From Macrostomum lignano (lineage: Eukaryota), in the NCBI GenBank assembly GCA_002269645.1, contig NIVC01003347.1:1-64000 (forward strand): a stretch of 64,000 nt of DNA. The letters are read 5' to 3'. The notes below the pieces were generated by a model. That model worked only from the letters and a program-made list of their open reading frames with translations. It had not been told where the DNA came from and ran no database searches. The position numbers and the translations under genes were made by a program. Below, piece by piece: positions 47,399-58,125 of the stretch (its first letter is position 1; every line of letters starts with the position of its first letter).

Positions 47399-47991
47399 AC
47401 TATCGATCGATCGATTAGGCTTAGAGCAAATACTTGTGTACTCATCCTATTACTTTATTTCTTAGAACCTTTAAGAAGACGAGCAGATAGAGTGGACGCG
47501 GAGTACAGTGGCTCAGAAGCCAGTTTTTTTTACCATATTTTCGAATTTCAGCAGGAATAAACGATGAGTTTAAAAGTAGATGAAGGTCAAACTCAGTGCT
47601 GGTGCAGGGGTGCTCACTGGCTGCTCAAGTACGAGCTAGAAGCAGACGGAGTGACGAGTGCGCAGTGCAGTTAAGTACGTAATCGTAGTTTGTTGACATT
47701 TTTGATGGTTTTGCTGTTTTCCTGTCTGCGGCGCCGAAATTCATACTCAGCTCTAGCATGGTTGAGTTGTGCATGCAAAACCGTGAATAAATAGAATAGT
47801 GTTATTTTTTGGTGAGATCGTGGCTGGGCAGGCGCTTCTCTCAGCAGAGTGGAGCAGTGGTTTCAGCTCATAGACGACTCTGAGGTGTTTCCCATATCAG
47901 GTATAATTGAATAAGCGTGAGTAAAATTCCAACCTCTAAAAATATTTACACTCGTCCAATTATCTCGTCAAACGCACTACTGGAAATTACT

Positions 47992-48728
47992 GGCGCTGTA
48001 GCTGGGCCCTCGCTTGCAGAGCCTTCGGGCTCGTCACAGGGTGACTGACCGGAGCTGTAGCTGGGCCCTCGCTTGCAGAGCCCTCGGGCTCGTCACAGGG
48101 TGACTTACCGGAGCTGTAGCTGGGCCCTCGCTTGCAGAGCCCTCCGACTCGTCACAGGGTGACTTACCGGAGCTGTAGCTGGGCCCTCGCTTACAGAGCC
48201 CTCGGGCTCGTCACAGGTGACTTACCGGAGCTGTAGCTGGGCCCTCGCTTGCAGAGCCCTCCGACTCGTCACAGGGTGACTTACCGGAGCTGTAGCTGGG
48301 CCCTCGCTTACAGAGCCCTCGGGCTCGTCACAGGGTGACTGACCGGAGCTGTAGCTGGGTCCTCGCTTGCAGAGCCCTCAGGCTCGTCACAGGGTGACTG
48401 ACCGGAGCTGTAGCTGGGCCCTCGCTTGCAGAGCCCTCCGACTCGTCACAGGGTGACTTACCGGAGCTGTAGCTGGGCCCTCGCTTACAGAGCCCTCGGG
48501 CTCGTCACAGGTGACTTACCGGAGCTGTAGCTGGGCCCTCGCTTGCAGAGCCCTCCGACTCGTCACAGGGTGACTTACCGGAGCTGTAGCTGGGCCCTCG
48601 CTTACAGAGCCCTCGGGCTCGTCACAGGGTGACTGACCGGAGCTGTAGCTGGGTCCTCGCTTGCAGAGCCCTCGGGCTCGTCACAGGGTGACTTACCGAA
48701 TCTGTAGCTGGGCCCTCGCTTGCAGAGG
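47992..48728. repeat. 59-bp GC-rich minisatellite, 12.5 copies, with a 5-unit higher-order duplication
   Basis: Unit GGAGCTGTAGCTGGGCCCTCGCTTGCAGAGCCCTCGGGCTCGTCACAGGGTGACTTACC; units 3-7 recur as units 8-12 (294-bp offset). Confidence 0.95.
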
Positions 48729-49740
48729 CCTCAGTCCTGGTGCAGGAAGACTTTCGGTAGCTGCAGCTGCATGGACAGAGCCCTCAGTCCCCGGAACTCC
48801 CAAGCGTGAAAGACTGCACAAAGCAGCTCTGAGATGGGACCGCATGAATAAATGGTTCGCATTCGCACGCAACCTGAGTGCCTTTCTAGGAATTTTTGCT
48901 TGCGAAAATCAAATCATGATTTATTGATGCAACAGCATGAGAACAGTTTTATTTCTCACCCGCTACTTTGGCAGTCGCAGCTGGAAATGATTGCCGCTTC
49001 TCGCGTGCAGGCGGCAATGATTTATTAATGTATAATATAATTCCCCCCCCCTTGATAACAAGTAAAGCAGGTAGTTGTTATCACAATATTCAGAAACTCT
49101 TCGAGCTCAGAGTGTAAGCATGTACACTTGTAGCGATATTTAGAAAATTATCTATCTATAAATAGATAGATAGATTATTTTCAAAGCTTTGATATTGCCA
49201 CGGGAACTCTATTGTTTATTTAACGATTTTAACTCGGTAACTCGCAGCATTGTAACGGATATACCTCATCAAGTATCGATATTTTGTTAGCTTAACACTA
49301 TTTCGCTTTCCTGTAAAACTTATTGAGAAATGGCGAGAGAGAAATTGGTCACTGAAACAAAATAACATCGAGCAATAAAATCGACTATTGTATTGTGTCT
49401 AAAATACGAGTATTTCGCAGAATAATCAGCGAGTCGGCAAAGATTTATCGGCAAAGAGGTGGCAGTGAAACAGCAGGTACGCAGTAACGCTTTACACGTA
49501 AAACGGTAGGCGACGGGTGGGAGCCAATTTTGAGGCTAAAAAACTTTTTCGACTTGATGGCAAATGTGGGGTGCAAGCAAAACTTGTGGCTGGCAGTGCT
49601 CTACTGCAGTTAGAGATCGCAAAGCAGGTGTGCGCACGCATCAACTTGATCGATTTTCTTGCTTGGCTAAACTGTTTTGCTCATGGTGCGTGCGATGAAG
49701 CCTTTGTGGACTTTTTTGCGAGTTTTCGGGGGATGCAAAG

Positions 49741-49953
49741 ATGTGGCTTCTGGCTGTAAACCTACACCTGAGTCTGAGAGTCATGTAACCGGATGTGGCT
49801 TCTGGCTGTAAACCTACGCCTGAGTCTGAGAGTCATGTAACCGGATGTGGCTTCTGACTGTAAACCCATGTCTGAGTCTGAGAGTCATGTAACCGGATGT
49901 GGCTTCTGACTGTAAACCCATGTCTGAGTCTGAGAGTCATGTAACCGGATGTG
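49741..49953. repeat. 52-bp tandem repeat, 4 copies
   Basis: Units at 49741, 49793, 49845, 49897. Confidence 0.92.
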
Positions 49954-51140
49954 CCGCATTACACGAAGCCAGATGGAGAAGAATCAATCGGATAAGGGCC
50001 CAGGACTAAGGCTAAAGCCTGTGGAATTTCTAATCAGTCTGATTCCAGGAGCGGCTCGGCTGACAAAGGCTTTTTAAGCTTTGGATTACTTTGCTGAGCC
50101 TTTCCGCCTAATTCCCTGCATAGAGACTATCGGTCCCCTGCGCTGCTACAGATGTAGAAAGCTCTAGTAAGACTCCATGTGACAGGCATCATCTAACCCT
50201 TATCCTGTTTCATTTCCGCTGTCTTTCACGGCAGTAAAAACAGTTTGCTAAGTTCAAGAGTGCCGATAGTCTCATGCAGCTGATTCTCGGGCTGCTCTGC
50301 AAGTCTGCTGATGAGGAGGGAGGGGATTTCAGGGGTACAAAAGTGCTTTGCTGCAGCCACCATGGAGCCAAAGTTGACTGGCTGCAGACTGGACGAATCT
50401 CTGTGATCAAGTCGGGTTCCTGCTCGACTTTTCTGCCCAATCTGTTTTTTCGCGATAAAAAGCAGAAAAACTTCGCCCGATGCTGGGGGGCGCCACACAT
50501 GGAAATTGAGAGCGTGGATTGAAGTGTGCGGACAGCGGAATGAGCTGTCAGATACGTGATTTGCATGTTTGTCCTTTCGGCATTTGCACATTTTAATTTA
50601 ATACGGGATCGGGAAACCGAGAAAGGGAGATTGGCAGCTCAACTGAGTTGGGTTATCCCACTTTGATTTTTTCTGCTCGCGACTCTTCTTCATACGAGTG
50701 GGACATTTCCCGTCCTTCGCTGACCTGTTTGCTTTGTTTGTTTTTATTTGTCACCCAGCCGGAGCCCGATTGAAATTTTTAGTCCCGACAGAAAACTCCA
50801 GAATTTGTTATACAATAAAATAATTTTTGTAGAAAAACTACCGCTTGTAACTTGCTTTGCTTTATTGTAAGTACAATGCATTCTGATATGTAATCATAAA
50901 CAGTGTTGAAAACCGAAGGCCAGTCTGTCTAGCGACTATCGCTAAACTGATACGAGTCCGGAGAGAACACTCCTTAGTACTAAAACGGGCGCGAATTGCT
51001 TCTTCTTCATACTTTTAATCATTTCGATACTAAACAAAGCAATTTCAGCCATTCAGTCAGTCAGAGCGCACTGACAGAGCCAGAGTGGCTGTTTCCCTGC
51101 CTCCTGGAGAGCCCATTGGAGTTGACGCCGCCCACTCGCG

Positions 51141-52892
51141 CTAGCGGCGACCCGGCCTCCGATGAGACTTCGTCGGCAAACGCGGCCACAACTCCGGCCG
51201 GGGGCGGAAGGCGACGCAGGCCTCCTTCTCCCAGGGGTCGAGCAGGTTCGCCCGCTCCGCTGCTGACGAGGAGACCACAACGGCCGGGGCAGACGCGGAG
51301 GCGGCATCGTCAACTACGTCACCGTCATCAGCGTCTGCCGCCTCCGCGCCGACACCACCGCGGGTGCTTAGGTAGAAGAACTCCAACACCTCAACCACGA
51401 AGGCAGCAGTGAGGCCGATGCACAAAGAGCAGAGACCGCCGATCCGACTGAGCAAGATATTGACATCTAACGTCAACTTCTCTTTTTTCATCGTCATGTC
51501 CCAATTTCGGCGCCTAATTTTGATGTAAGTGTAAGCGTTCTGCTGCGACAGGTACTTGGTGTACTCGCTGGACGCGATGTCGGATATGTTTCTCTTCACT
51601 CTATAGAAGAATTCGGCATCGTTCACCTGTGATTGCCGGTACAGATTTCCCCATTTGTAGTGCTCCGCTAGAGCGGCCAGCTTGCTAGACGATGGCACCC
51701 ACTTAGCAATTGACAAAGCGGTCTCATATGTTGAGTAGGTGCACCTCGGCAGACAGCTGATTGAAAGGTTTCGCTTCAGCAGCTCCATATCCTCCAGGTA
51801 GTTTCCGGCGCATTGTAAGCGGCTATTGACTTGTCTCAGATAGTCCAGCCTAGTGTTGCCGTCGCCACCGCCAGTAACGTCGGTGCAGTACGGAACTTTG
51901 TTGTCAGGCATCCGCAGCACTGGCCATAAAGTTGACTGACAGCCGCAATTGTCTATAAAGTGCTTTTGAAGTTTGGCATTCACGCACTGGTGATAGTTTC
52001 CGGTGTACTTGCGCTCCAGGTGGCGCACATGTGGCTGGTTGTCCCGGCAGGCCCGCTTCGGCGTGGCCAATTTGCTCCAGCTGGTGGTGCCGTAGCTGAT
52101 TTCGTTCATTCGGCCTGGCTCAACGTTGAAGCCGCTCTGGGCGAAGTCGGGGATTGTGTTTCTCTCGTGAATCGTCACTTTGACGCCTTCACCGCGTGTT
52201 AGCACATCGTATAGGAAGCTGCGACTCATCTGGGGCAGCTTTTCCATCGGCACAAGCGACATGATAACGATAATAGATTCGAACTCCCGACTGAATGTGA
52301 CATTGTCTGCGTCCACTGTAAAACAGTTGAAGAACTCACCGTAGGAGAAAAGGCGTACCGAGACCTGGATGCCTGGGATCTCGCAGTTGTCGGCAATGTA
52401 CTGCTGGCCGCCCATAACCACCACACAGAAGAAGAGGCTGCTGCGATTGTGACCGATCATAATTGTCTCGTTAAACGGCAACTGCTGATAGTAGGTTTCG
52501 ATATTGTCGTATGCGTACATCAGTTTCAAGTTTTCCAGATTATTAGCTAGTGCCAGCCCAGTGACGTCCTTGAGCATCTTTTGGAATCGCAGGGGACTCA
52601 TGACAGCGCCTGAGTCCCACAAGTTCTGTGCCTCGTAGCTGAACGGGCTGTGCGCGCACAGAGTGAACGAAGGAAACTCGGGCTTAACGTCGAACGCAGT
52701 GGACGTGTGCCAGGCAGTGTCGTAGTTGAGAAAATCCTTCACTAGGAAGGCGGACACGATCACCAGCACCAGCGTCATCACAACAACAAACGATAGCCAG
52801 AGTATCTTTATAAACGGCGACCGGGCCTTTAGGATTTTCTGCACGCCCCTAATTGAGGAGCCTTCGCAGAAAAGTCTCCAACGGCTGGCCAT
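51141..52892 (-). CDS. DEG/ENaC superfamily channel subunit, uninterrupted ORF (frame stays open upstream to 53066)
   Basis: Pre-TM1 FCEGSSIRG, TM1, post-TM1 FPSFTLC, YGEFFNCFT, Cys-rich thumb (CVNAKLQKHFIDNCGC..CLPRCTYSTY), TM2 LLSRIGGLCSLCIGLTAAFVVEVLE. ATG at 52892; splice acceptor candidate at 53015-53016. Confidence 0.92.
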   Translation of the reverse strand: MASRWRLFCEGSSIRGVQKILKARSPFIKILWLSFVVVMTLVLVIVSAFLVKDFLNYDTAWHTSTAFDVKPEFPSFTLCAHSPFSYEAQNLWDSGAVMSPLRFQKMLKDVTGLALANNLENLKLMYAYDNIETYYQQLPFNETIMIGHNRSSLFFCVVVMGGQQYIADNCEIPGIQVSVRLFSYGEFFNCFTVDADNVTFSREFESIIVIMSLVPMEKLPQMSRSFLYDVLTRGEGVKVTIHERNTIPDFAQSGFNVEPGRMNEISYGTTSWSKLATPKRACRDNQPHVRHLERKYTGNYHQCVNAKLQKHFIDNCGCQSTLWPVLRMPDNKVPYCTDVTGGGDGNTRLDYLRQVNSRLQCAGNYLEDMELLKRNLSISCLPRCTYSTYETALSIAKWVPSSSKLAALAEHYKWGNLYRQSQVNDAEFFYRVKRNISDIASSEYTKYLSQQNAYTYIKIRRRNWDMTMKKEKLTLDVNILLSRIGGLCSLCIGLTAAFVVEVLEFFYLSTRGGVGAEAADADDGDVVDDAASASAPAVVVSSSAAERANLLDPWEKEACVAFRPRPELWPRLPTKSHRRPGRR

Positions 52893-55800
52893 TGTCCGAC
52901 AGATTGTTCGGCACTCAGTGCCAGCAGCAGTCGCAGTCGCCGCCACCGTTGCCGCTTGAGATCGATCACCTGACGGATCGGGTGAAGCCACCAGTGCGAC
53001 TGCAGGGACACGGCCTGGGTTTAAATACAGAGTAGGGTGGGCGGGTTTGAATGGCTGACTGATCAAAAAAGAAGTACGTAAGCAGAGTTTTCTGAATTGT
53101 AGTCCCAGAGTTTGAGACGCATTGGGTCATTGATATTCTCATGATGCATGATTGGTCGGCACACGGTAGCCAGTAGGTGTTGCCAAGAAAGAGGCGGCAC
53201 TTGATTGAGAAGCAGACTACCCTATGGCTATTCGTCCCTTACAACAGTGGTAATGAAGTTTTCTCAACTAACAGTTTTTTATAGTCATATATTCTCTTTT
53301 TTATTCACTGCTGCGAATTTAACTGCGCCAAAAAAGCCTTCAAGCGGACACTTCGAAAGAGTAGTGGCTGCACCAGAAAAAAACAGGATGAATTTAAACT
53401 TAAATTCAATACAGTATCAACAGTTTATAAATAAACAGTTTTATCAGATACAAATTCAAATGATTTGAAAGCATGCGAAATTCAGAAATTCAACTGTAGG
53501 GGCAGATTTCTGTTTGTCGGCGCCGTCAGAGAAACAGATAATGGAAACGAGATGCTTCAATATTTAATGTTAATAACATTACCTCTGGAATGGAGATAAT
53601 TTTTTAAAAGCCCTGCACCTCCAAGTTAGTAATGCAGTGCCGTCTTTTCCTTGCAGAAAATATCTTATTTGACCATTACGAGCTAAAACAAAAAAATCAG
53701 AGCTACACATCCAGCAATGCGGAGCTCGGATCTGTGGCGCTGGAATTGAATTCCCATCCAGAGCATGTGGAGTTTGTATGTACGAGAAAATGTCCCATCC
53801 TTGCCGACACACCAAAGGCATTACTAATTGATGGTGCGTCTCCGTCCTTCGTCGCAGTAGGACAGGCAAGTGTAGACAGCCAGCCTACTTGTTAAAGACA
53901 ACTTGCTGTTGGCAGTCCAGGGCAAAACTCATGGGAGCTAAGAAGCTCATCTAGAGCAGGGAATTCTAACTCAAGATTGATTGCGTCCCAGCAGTTTATA
54001 AGCTGAGTGGAAATTTAGTTTGGGTAGATTTGCACCATATCATTATCAATTCAAAGTTCTTTTAGCAGCGTCTTCCTTTAAAAAACCTCCCCCCTCGACA
54101 GAACTCCAATTCCGAATCAGGCAGCCAAAGTACGAGCGGAGGGCGTCTCTCCTTTTGCTTTTGCTTCTCCCGACTGCCCCCCATCCGAGCTTTGCCTTTG
54201 GATTCTCAAGAATCCATTTAGTTGTGAAAGCTCCCAGATTAGTTTATCTTGTCCTACTGGTATCTACTATCGGGGCTTAGTAGTGAGTACTTTCCTAGAA
54301 ATTTTCCGATCTAAGACAAGTCTTCGAGCTCAGCGAGGCCCTGCTGAGCAGGATAGGCTTTCATTGAAGCACTGAATTTTTTATTGCATTGTCTCGATTG
54401 TGTGCCACCATCTGACCAGAAATCCCGAGAAATCAGCCGAATTCGGGAGAAGCAGCTGCTTCAGGTGGACAAATATGAGGCCTCTATATTCTACATCAAT
54501 TTCCAATCATCTTCTAGAAAGAAATCCGCTTGCACGTCTCAGCGAAAGGCTTCGGGTAGTAGTATAAATATTGAGCATCCCCTTAATCCCAGACATTTCC
54601 CACTCTCCACTCTGCTACACTGAATGCAGTATCGATCTGGTGCACTTTTTGCCATTTTCCAAAGAGAAGCGGCCAACTGCGTTCTCACTCTCATTTCGTC
54701 CGCGTTTGCCTAAAAAGGTGTTTTCTGCCTTCTGCCTCGCTTTTCTCACCCAGCCTTCTAGAAGCAAAAGAAAATTTTAATTGCAAAGCCACCCGCTGAC
54801 AAGAGCTGAGGCTGCAGGTCTTTTTATTCTGCCTCGCTTTGCATCTTTCTTTGTTGCTGCAGACGTCTGCGCAGCTTTAAAGCAGGTGTTGAGAGCGGAG
54901 GACGCCCCAAATGAAGTTTTGGAGTTCTCCCTACCAGCTACTGCAGCAGGTTCTGCCGCAACTGCCCCAAGTCCTACGCTATGCGTGTAGCGCAATCTTT
55001 GCTGTCAGACTGTTGCAAATGAGCATGCAGAGGCCCGGGGTGGAATAAAACCCAGTATTTTAGGGGGAAGCATTATTTCTGTTTGACGTAAGGAGACAAT
55101 GAGTTCTGTCTCTTTTAATGGCGCTTGCAATAAAAAATGTCAAAGGTGTTCAGATCGCAGCCGAAACTAGCGGGCACGGTATCCATGCACTCACGTTCAA
55201 TTAATTCCATTCCGCTCATTCTGTACAGAACTAAAACAATTGTCAATGGTCCTAATTTCACTTCAACTCCTAAGTTGATAGTTGAATTCAACCATAGTTG
55301 AGATTTCCCATTTGGCAGCTGTAGATTTGGTTTTGACCATAGACATAGACGCAAAAAGGGCAAATTCGGCCATAGACATCAGCACAAAGAAGGATGCCGG
55401 TAGCATCCTCTATCATAGAATATAAATCATGCTTAAAGACCGGCTTCCATTCAGTAAAGAGCAAAATTTAAACAGAGAGCAAATACAGAACAGTGCTTTT
55501 AGAACGCTAATGCATCCGCCCCTATCCAAGCTAAAGAGAGAGAGTTGCCATATTCGGAATTAATTTTGTCACCTTCGGGGTTGAAAAGGTATTTTGGCCT
55601 TTAATCACTTTTTCATTGTTAATAATTTTTTCCTTATTTTAAATCAGGATAAAATACGACTACAAGGCAGGCCTCGGTAAGCAGGATGTCCCTGGTCAAA
55701 AGACGCTTAGTTTATGACATAGTCTATCAGTTTAGTACTAAACCGAGTACCCCAACTCAAGGAGTTCTATAGTTAGCATCTGGAGTAAAATATAAAAATG

Positions 55801-58125
55801 CCTTCGTGATTTCAGTGATTTTTGTCCTAACTAGCTGAAGAGAAGGACAGCAAGCTAGGTTCTTTCTTTTCGATTAAGTTGCTCGCGCTAAATCAGTAGC
55901 ATGGTCAACCAATGCAACGCTTTCAAATGTCCAAACAAACCCAAAGGAGTCGGAACACCAAAGGACATATCATTTCATTCATTCCCACTGAGCAATCCAA
56001 AAAGCCAATTCAATATAATATTTTGAGCCAAAAAAGCACTTTTGGATGTGCTCACTGACTCTCGATGACTTCTTGATCGAATCGACTCAAGACAGCAGTG
56101 CTAATTCCTAGCATTTTTCCAAAGGTCCACAACCTGTTCGCTACTAATATCTAAAAAATAAGCTCGTTCTGAAAAGCTCGTTTCCACTCCAGATGCTAAT
56201 TATAGAACTCCTTGGTTCCGCTAATCATAAGTGCTTGCTAATGCGTTTTATCTCGCTTGAGCTCTCTGCAGCCTGTCCTCTTAGTATTAGCATATTTCAC
56301 ACAGATTTTCTGAAGTCGAACTCAATTCGTTGCCAGTCTCAATCAGTATGTAGAATTTTTCCGTGACTACTGGAAACGAAATGTCGTAATAAACATTGCC
56401 AGCTTCCCACTGAACTGTCTAAGCTGATTTTACGAACAGCGGTATTCATGTCACGAGGCATCTACCAAAAAGCAAGGAAGACAAAAAGCATTAATTACCA
56501 TGCGTGACGGAGATACCATTCTGTGATAGTATGTTAGTTCAAAACATCTGTGTATACCGAATAACTGCGGTGCAGGTAATTTTTTCTCGTGAGCAAAAAG
56601 CAATGAATAGGGACTCAAAAACAGAAAAAAACTCCCCCAGCTCTCACCGTCAGCCTTCACTTCCTGAGCTTTAGCGCTGTGCTCCAAAGCATGCAGCATG
56701 CCCGGTCCTGGGCTGTTGAGGCCACTCGTCCAGAAAAAATTAAAAAAATAGACAAAAAATATTTTTCAACGAGGGATGGCAAAGTGAAGCAGCAGACCAG
56801 AGGCTGGGTTTGCCAGAATGCGATGCATTGCTGTTCAGCTAGCTGATATACTTTTGCAGCTCTGGAGGCTGGGGTGATGAGGGTACTGTGAATCTGCTCC
56901 CGCATCTCGTGCCTTCCACCATACAAACTGTCAGCAGCCATGTCTGCTCAGCGGCCTGTGGCTGAGGCACAGCCTATCGGCACTCGCCTCATTCTCTCAC
57001 GTCTCATGCCCGCTGTAGACTTGTCTTCTTGCGTCTCTGGCCGCTGTCTGTCTCAAATTTAGGGCTCTATGGTGACCTTTTTAGAGGTGATCCAGCTCGT
57101 TATACTCTGATTCAATTTAATAGAGTGTGTGATAAGTTGAATTGGCGTGAAATCGGCTAAAATAGGTAGTGAAATAGATGGGGAGCTCATGGTCCCGGCT
57201 TCTCCCAAATGCTTGAGTGTTTCAACCGTGCTCAGAGTCTCTTTCAGTTCTGCGCCAAAATTCAGAGAAATGAAACACAGAACAATAGGAGAAGAGTGCA
57301 CAGGTAATAGGAATCAGAATTTCCCTGCAGTTTTAGCCTATCTGGTCATTTAATATGCAGGTTTTTGATCTGTCAATTTAATTCAATTTAATTGAATTAC
57401 TCAATTTGTTTTATTGGATTTGAATGTCGAATTGAGACTCAGTGCAGTAAGAGCTCAAAACTTGTGCCTTGTTCTCTTGCACCTTTGCTCGATCTGTGTG
57501 ATATCGGGGTTCCGTCAGTCCCCGAATGAAAGATCCGCCTCAGAACCTGAAGTCAGGGGGAACCAGACAGGGGGAGTTCAAGTCAAAGAGTGCAAATCCT
57601 GCAGTGCACTATATCTGGACATCTCAGAGCTCATTGAGTTAGTTTCCGTCCAATACTGTATTTTAATAAATGACGCAATTCGTTGATCAGTGGAACAGTT
57701 TGTTTGAACTAAAGCTATTCAGGTAATGAGTATATCAAGCTGATCGCATTAACATAGCGGCAGTCGCTGGCTGGTTGTGAACGATCTTCACACAATTCGA
57801 ATTTCACCAGGCTGATCGGACCGCATAATGACTGCATAGTTGAGCTACTGCTTCTGCGGTCTCTGCTTCTCGATTGACGCCGCCTGGTCGGCGCCCGCTC
57901 CTGAATTGGTCAATTTGGTGCTGCAAAACTTTTCTACGTCATTGAGATTGCTCAGAAAATAAATTAAACTCAAGTGAAGATTAGCTAACTTCGCTTTTTT
58001 CAAGTCGCAGGTGAATCTTCTGCCGCTTTCTATGCCTAAATCACAGATAAAGGGAGAAGGGACTAAAGAAAGAACTTGATGAAGTGGGTGAAAATTTTCT
58101 GATTGAAACCTGACGGACCACTTAC

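Noticed and set aside
50210-50591. Overlapping 82-121 aa ORFs downstream of the DEG/ENaC gene
   Set aside because: No domain signature; lengths are within chance expectation.
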